A stretch of DNA of 64,000 nt, taken from an uncultured Gemmatimonadota bacterium (GTDB lineage: Bacteria; JAAXHH01). Below are positions 62,741 to 64,000 of the stretch, in pieces. Every line of letters begins with the position of its first letter. The stretch's first letter is position 1. The position numbers were made by a program, and so were the translations under genes. The notes under the pieces are model-generated. The model was not told the origin of the DNA. It searched no databases and was given only the letters and a program-made list of their open reading frames with translations. The DNA is taken from the NCBI GenBank assembly GCA_951812955.1, contig OX638340.1, positions 2,976,001-3,040,000 on the forward strand, in the 5' to 3' direction.

Positions 62741-62776
62741 AAAACGGCGGTAACCGATTCCCGGTTACCGCCGTTT
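62741..62776. terminator. bidirectional rho-independent terminator between convergent amt and rplQ
   Basis: Perfect 15-bp inverted repeat aaacggcggtaaccg/cggttaccgccgttt; U-rich tract on the minus-strand side. Confidence 0.6.
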
Positions 62777-62895
62777 CTGTACGCTATCGAATGTACCGTT
62801 CAAATTCCGGGCTGGAGTGCCTGCTCGGTTCCGGTCTCACCGCTCAGCTCAGGGCCGGAGCGCCGATCGGCACCTCCTCCAGCCGTTCAGCCGGT

Positions 62896-63321
62896 CTATT
62901 CCTTCTCCGCCTGGACTTCCTTCTTTTCGTCAGCTGTCTCGGCGGTCTGTTCTTCCGTCGCGACTTCCCGGTCGATCAACTCGAGTATGGACATATCTGC
63001 GGCGTCGCCCTGCCGGTGCCCGAGACGGACGATACGCGTGTACCCCCCGGGCCGGTCGGCGTACCGGTCGGCCAGCGGACCAAACAGCTTAGCGACCACG
63101 GTTTCGTTGCGGATGACCCGGAGAACCTGCCGCCTGGCATGCAGGTCTCTGCGTTTGCCAAAGGTGATGAGCCGCTCCACGAGGCGGCGCACTTCCTTGG
63201 CCTTCGCGGTGGTAGTCTGCACGCGTTCCGTGTCCAGCACCGAAGTGGCCAGGTTGCTCAGCATCGCCTTGCGGTGGCTGGGTGAGCGGCTGAGACCGCG
63301 CCCCTGCTTTCGATGTCGCAT
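62896..63321 (-). CDS. rplQ: 50S ribosomal protein L17
   Basis: MRHRKQGRGLSRSPSHRKAMLSNLATSV... canonical L17 N-terminus; directly downstream of rpoA. Confidence 0.9.
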   Translation of the reverse strand: MRHRKQGRGLSRSPSHRKAMLSNLATSVLDTERVQTTTAKAKEVRRLVERLITFGKRRDLHARRQVLRVIRNETVVAKLFGPLADRYADRPGGYTRIVRLGHRQGDAADMSILELIDREVATEEQTAETADEKKEVQAEKE

Positions 63322-63373
63322 TCCTTATGCTCCTGTCCCAACTGCTCGAATGACCTGGCTGCAGGCCATTCGA

Positions 63374-64000
63374 TTACGTGTTTTCCGCTTCGGCTTCGAT
63401 GTACTCGTCGATGTCCATGCCGAATGCCAAGTCCATCGCCTGAAGGATCTGGCTCAGTTCGGTCAGCGACTTGCGGCCGAAGTTCCGGTATTTCAGCATC
63501 TCGGTCTCGCTCTTCTGCACCAGGTCCGCCAGCGTCTTGATGTCCGCCGCCCTCAGGCAATTGCTGGAGCGAACCGACAGTTCCAACTCCTCCACGTTCA
63601 TCTGCAACAGTTTCCTGGTCTCTTCGAATTTCTCGTCCACTTCCTCGTCAGGTTCGGAGATGAACTGATCTTCGATAGAGATAAACAGCTGGAGGTGGTT
63701 CCGCAGGATCTGGGACGCGGTGGACAGTGCGTCTTGCGGAACCACACTGGCGTCGGTCCAGATTTCGAGCACGAGCCGGTCGTAATCCGTGCGCTGGCCG
63801 ATCCGCGTGTTCTCCACCTGGAAGTTCACGCGCGTGACCGGGGAGAACATGGAGTCCATGGGGATCACGCCGATAGGTTGGTCCGGTATCTTGTTCTGCT
63901 CTGCGATCACGTATCCACGGCCGTTGTCGACATGAATCTCCATGCGTAACTGTCCGCCTTCGTCCAGGGACGCGATATGCAGATCCGGATTGAGAATCTC
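63374..64000 (-). CDS. rpoA: DNA-directed RNA polymerase alpha subunit, 3' part (N-terminal region lies beyond window end)
   Basis: C-terminal domain motif [18 protein letters not shown] and [10 protein letters not shown]; gene is open to the window edge. Confidence 0.85.
   Translation of the reverse strand, partial: EILNPDLHIASLDEGGQLRMEIHVDNGRGYVIAEQNKIPDQPIGVIPMDSMFSPVTRVNFQVENTRIGQRTDYDRLVLEIWTDASVVPQDALSTASQILRNHLQLFISIEDQFISEPDEEVDEKFEETRKLLQMNVEELELSVRSSNCLRAADIKTLADLVQKSETEMLKYRNFGRKSLTELSQILQAMDLAFGMDIDEYIEAEAENT

Overview
High-GC (roughly mid-60s % by eye) bacterial chromosomal segment, densely coding on both strands. Most genes are housekeeping: dprA, obg, icd, mdh, aspartate aminotransferase, coaD/rsmD, comEA, ligA, fused secDF, murG-mraY, amt, and rplQ/rpoA at the right edge. 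A 2100-aa SprA-like giant secreted/outer-membrane protein suggests an FCB-group (T9SS-bearing) organism, but this is inference only. I found no rRNA, tRNA or CRISPR array. Accessory or unusual content: (1) an AhpD-like (carboxymuconolactone-decarboxylase family) gene with an in-frame TGA exactly at the second Cys of the CxxC(x)3H redox motif, followed by a hairpin, so a selenoprotein candidate. (2) A sulfur-relay style cluster, moaD-moaE, a cysteine-desulfurase homolog lacking the PLP lysine, tusA, apbC/mrp and an mnmA-like PP-loop ATPase. (3) A HigB/HigA toxin-antitoxin pair in a low-GC islet with a palindromic operator. (4) Three tandem amidohydrolase-2 genes next to an Nramp-related transporter, a class-III aminotransferase, a cupin and a Gfo/Idh/MocA oxidoreductase. 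(5) A roughly 6-kb low-GC island (about 37.3-43.3 kb) carrying a collagen-like (GXY-repeat) lipoprotein, a ketosynthase with a ~110-aa charged insertion, a tyrosine integrase, duplicated hairpin elements and tandem 20-bp repeats. (6) A class-II Fic protein plus a UDG-superfamily-like gene behind an AT-rich stretch. (7) murG fused to a C-terminal HEAT-repeat domain. (8) Several intergenic tandem repeats and GQPGQP insertions in two unrelated housekeeping proteins. All functional calls are from motif recognition by eye, with no database search.
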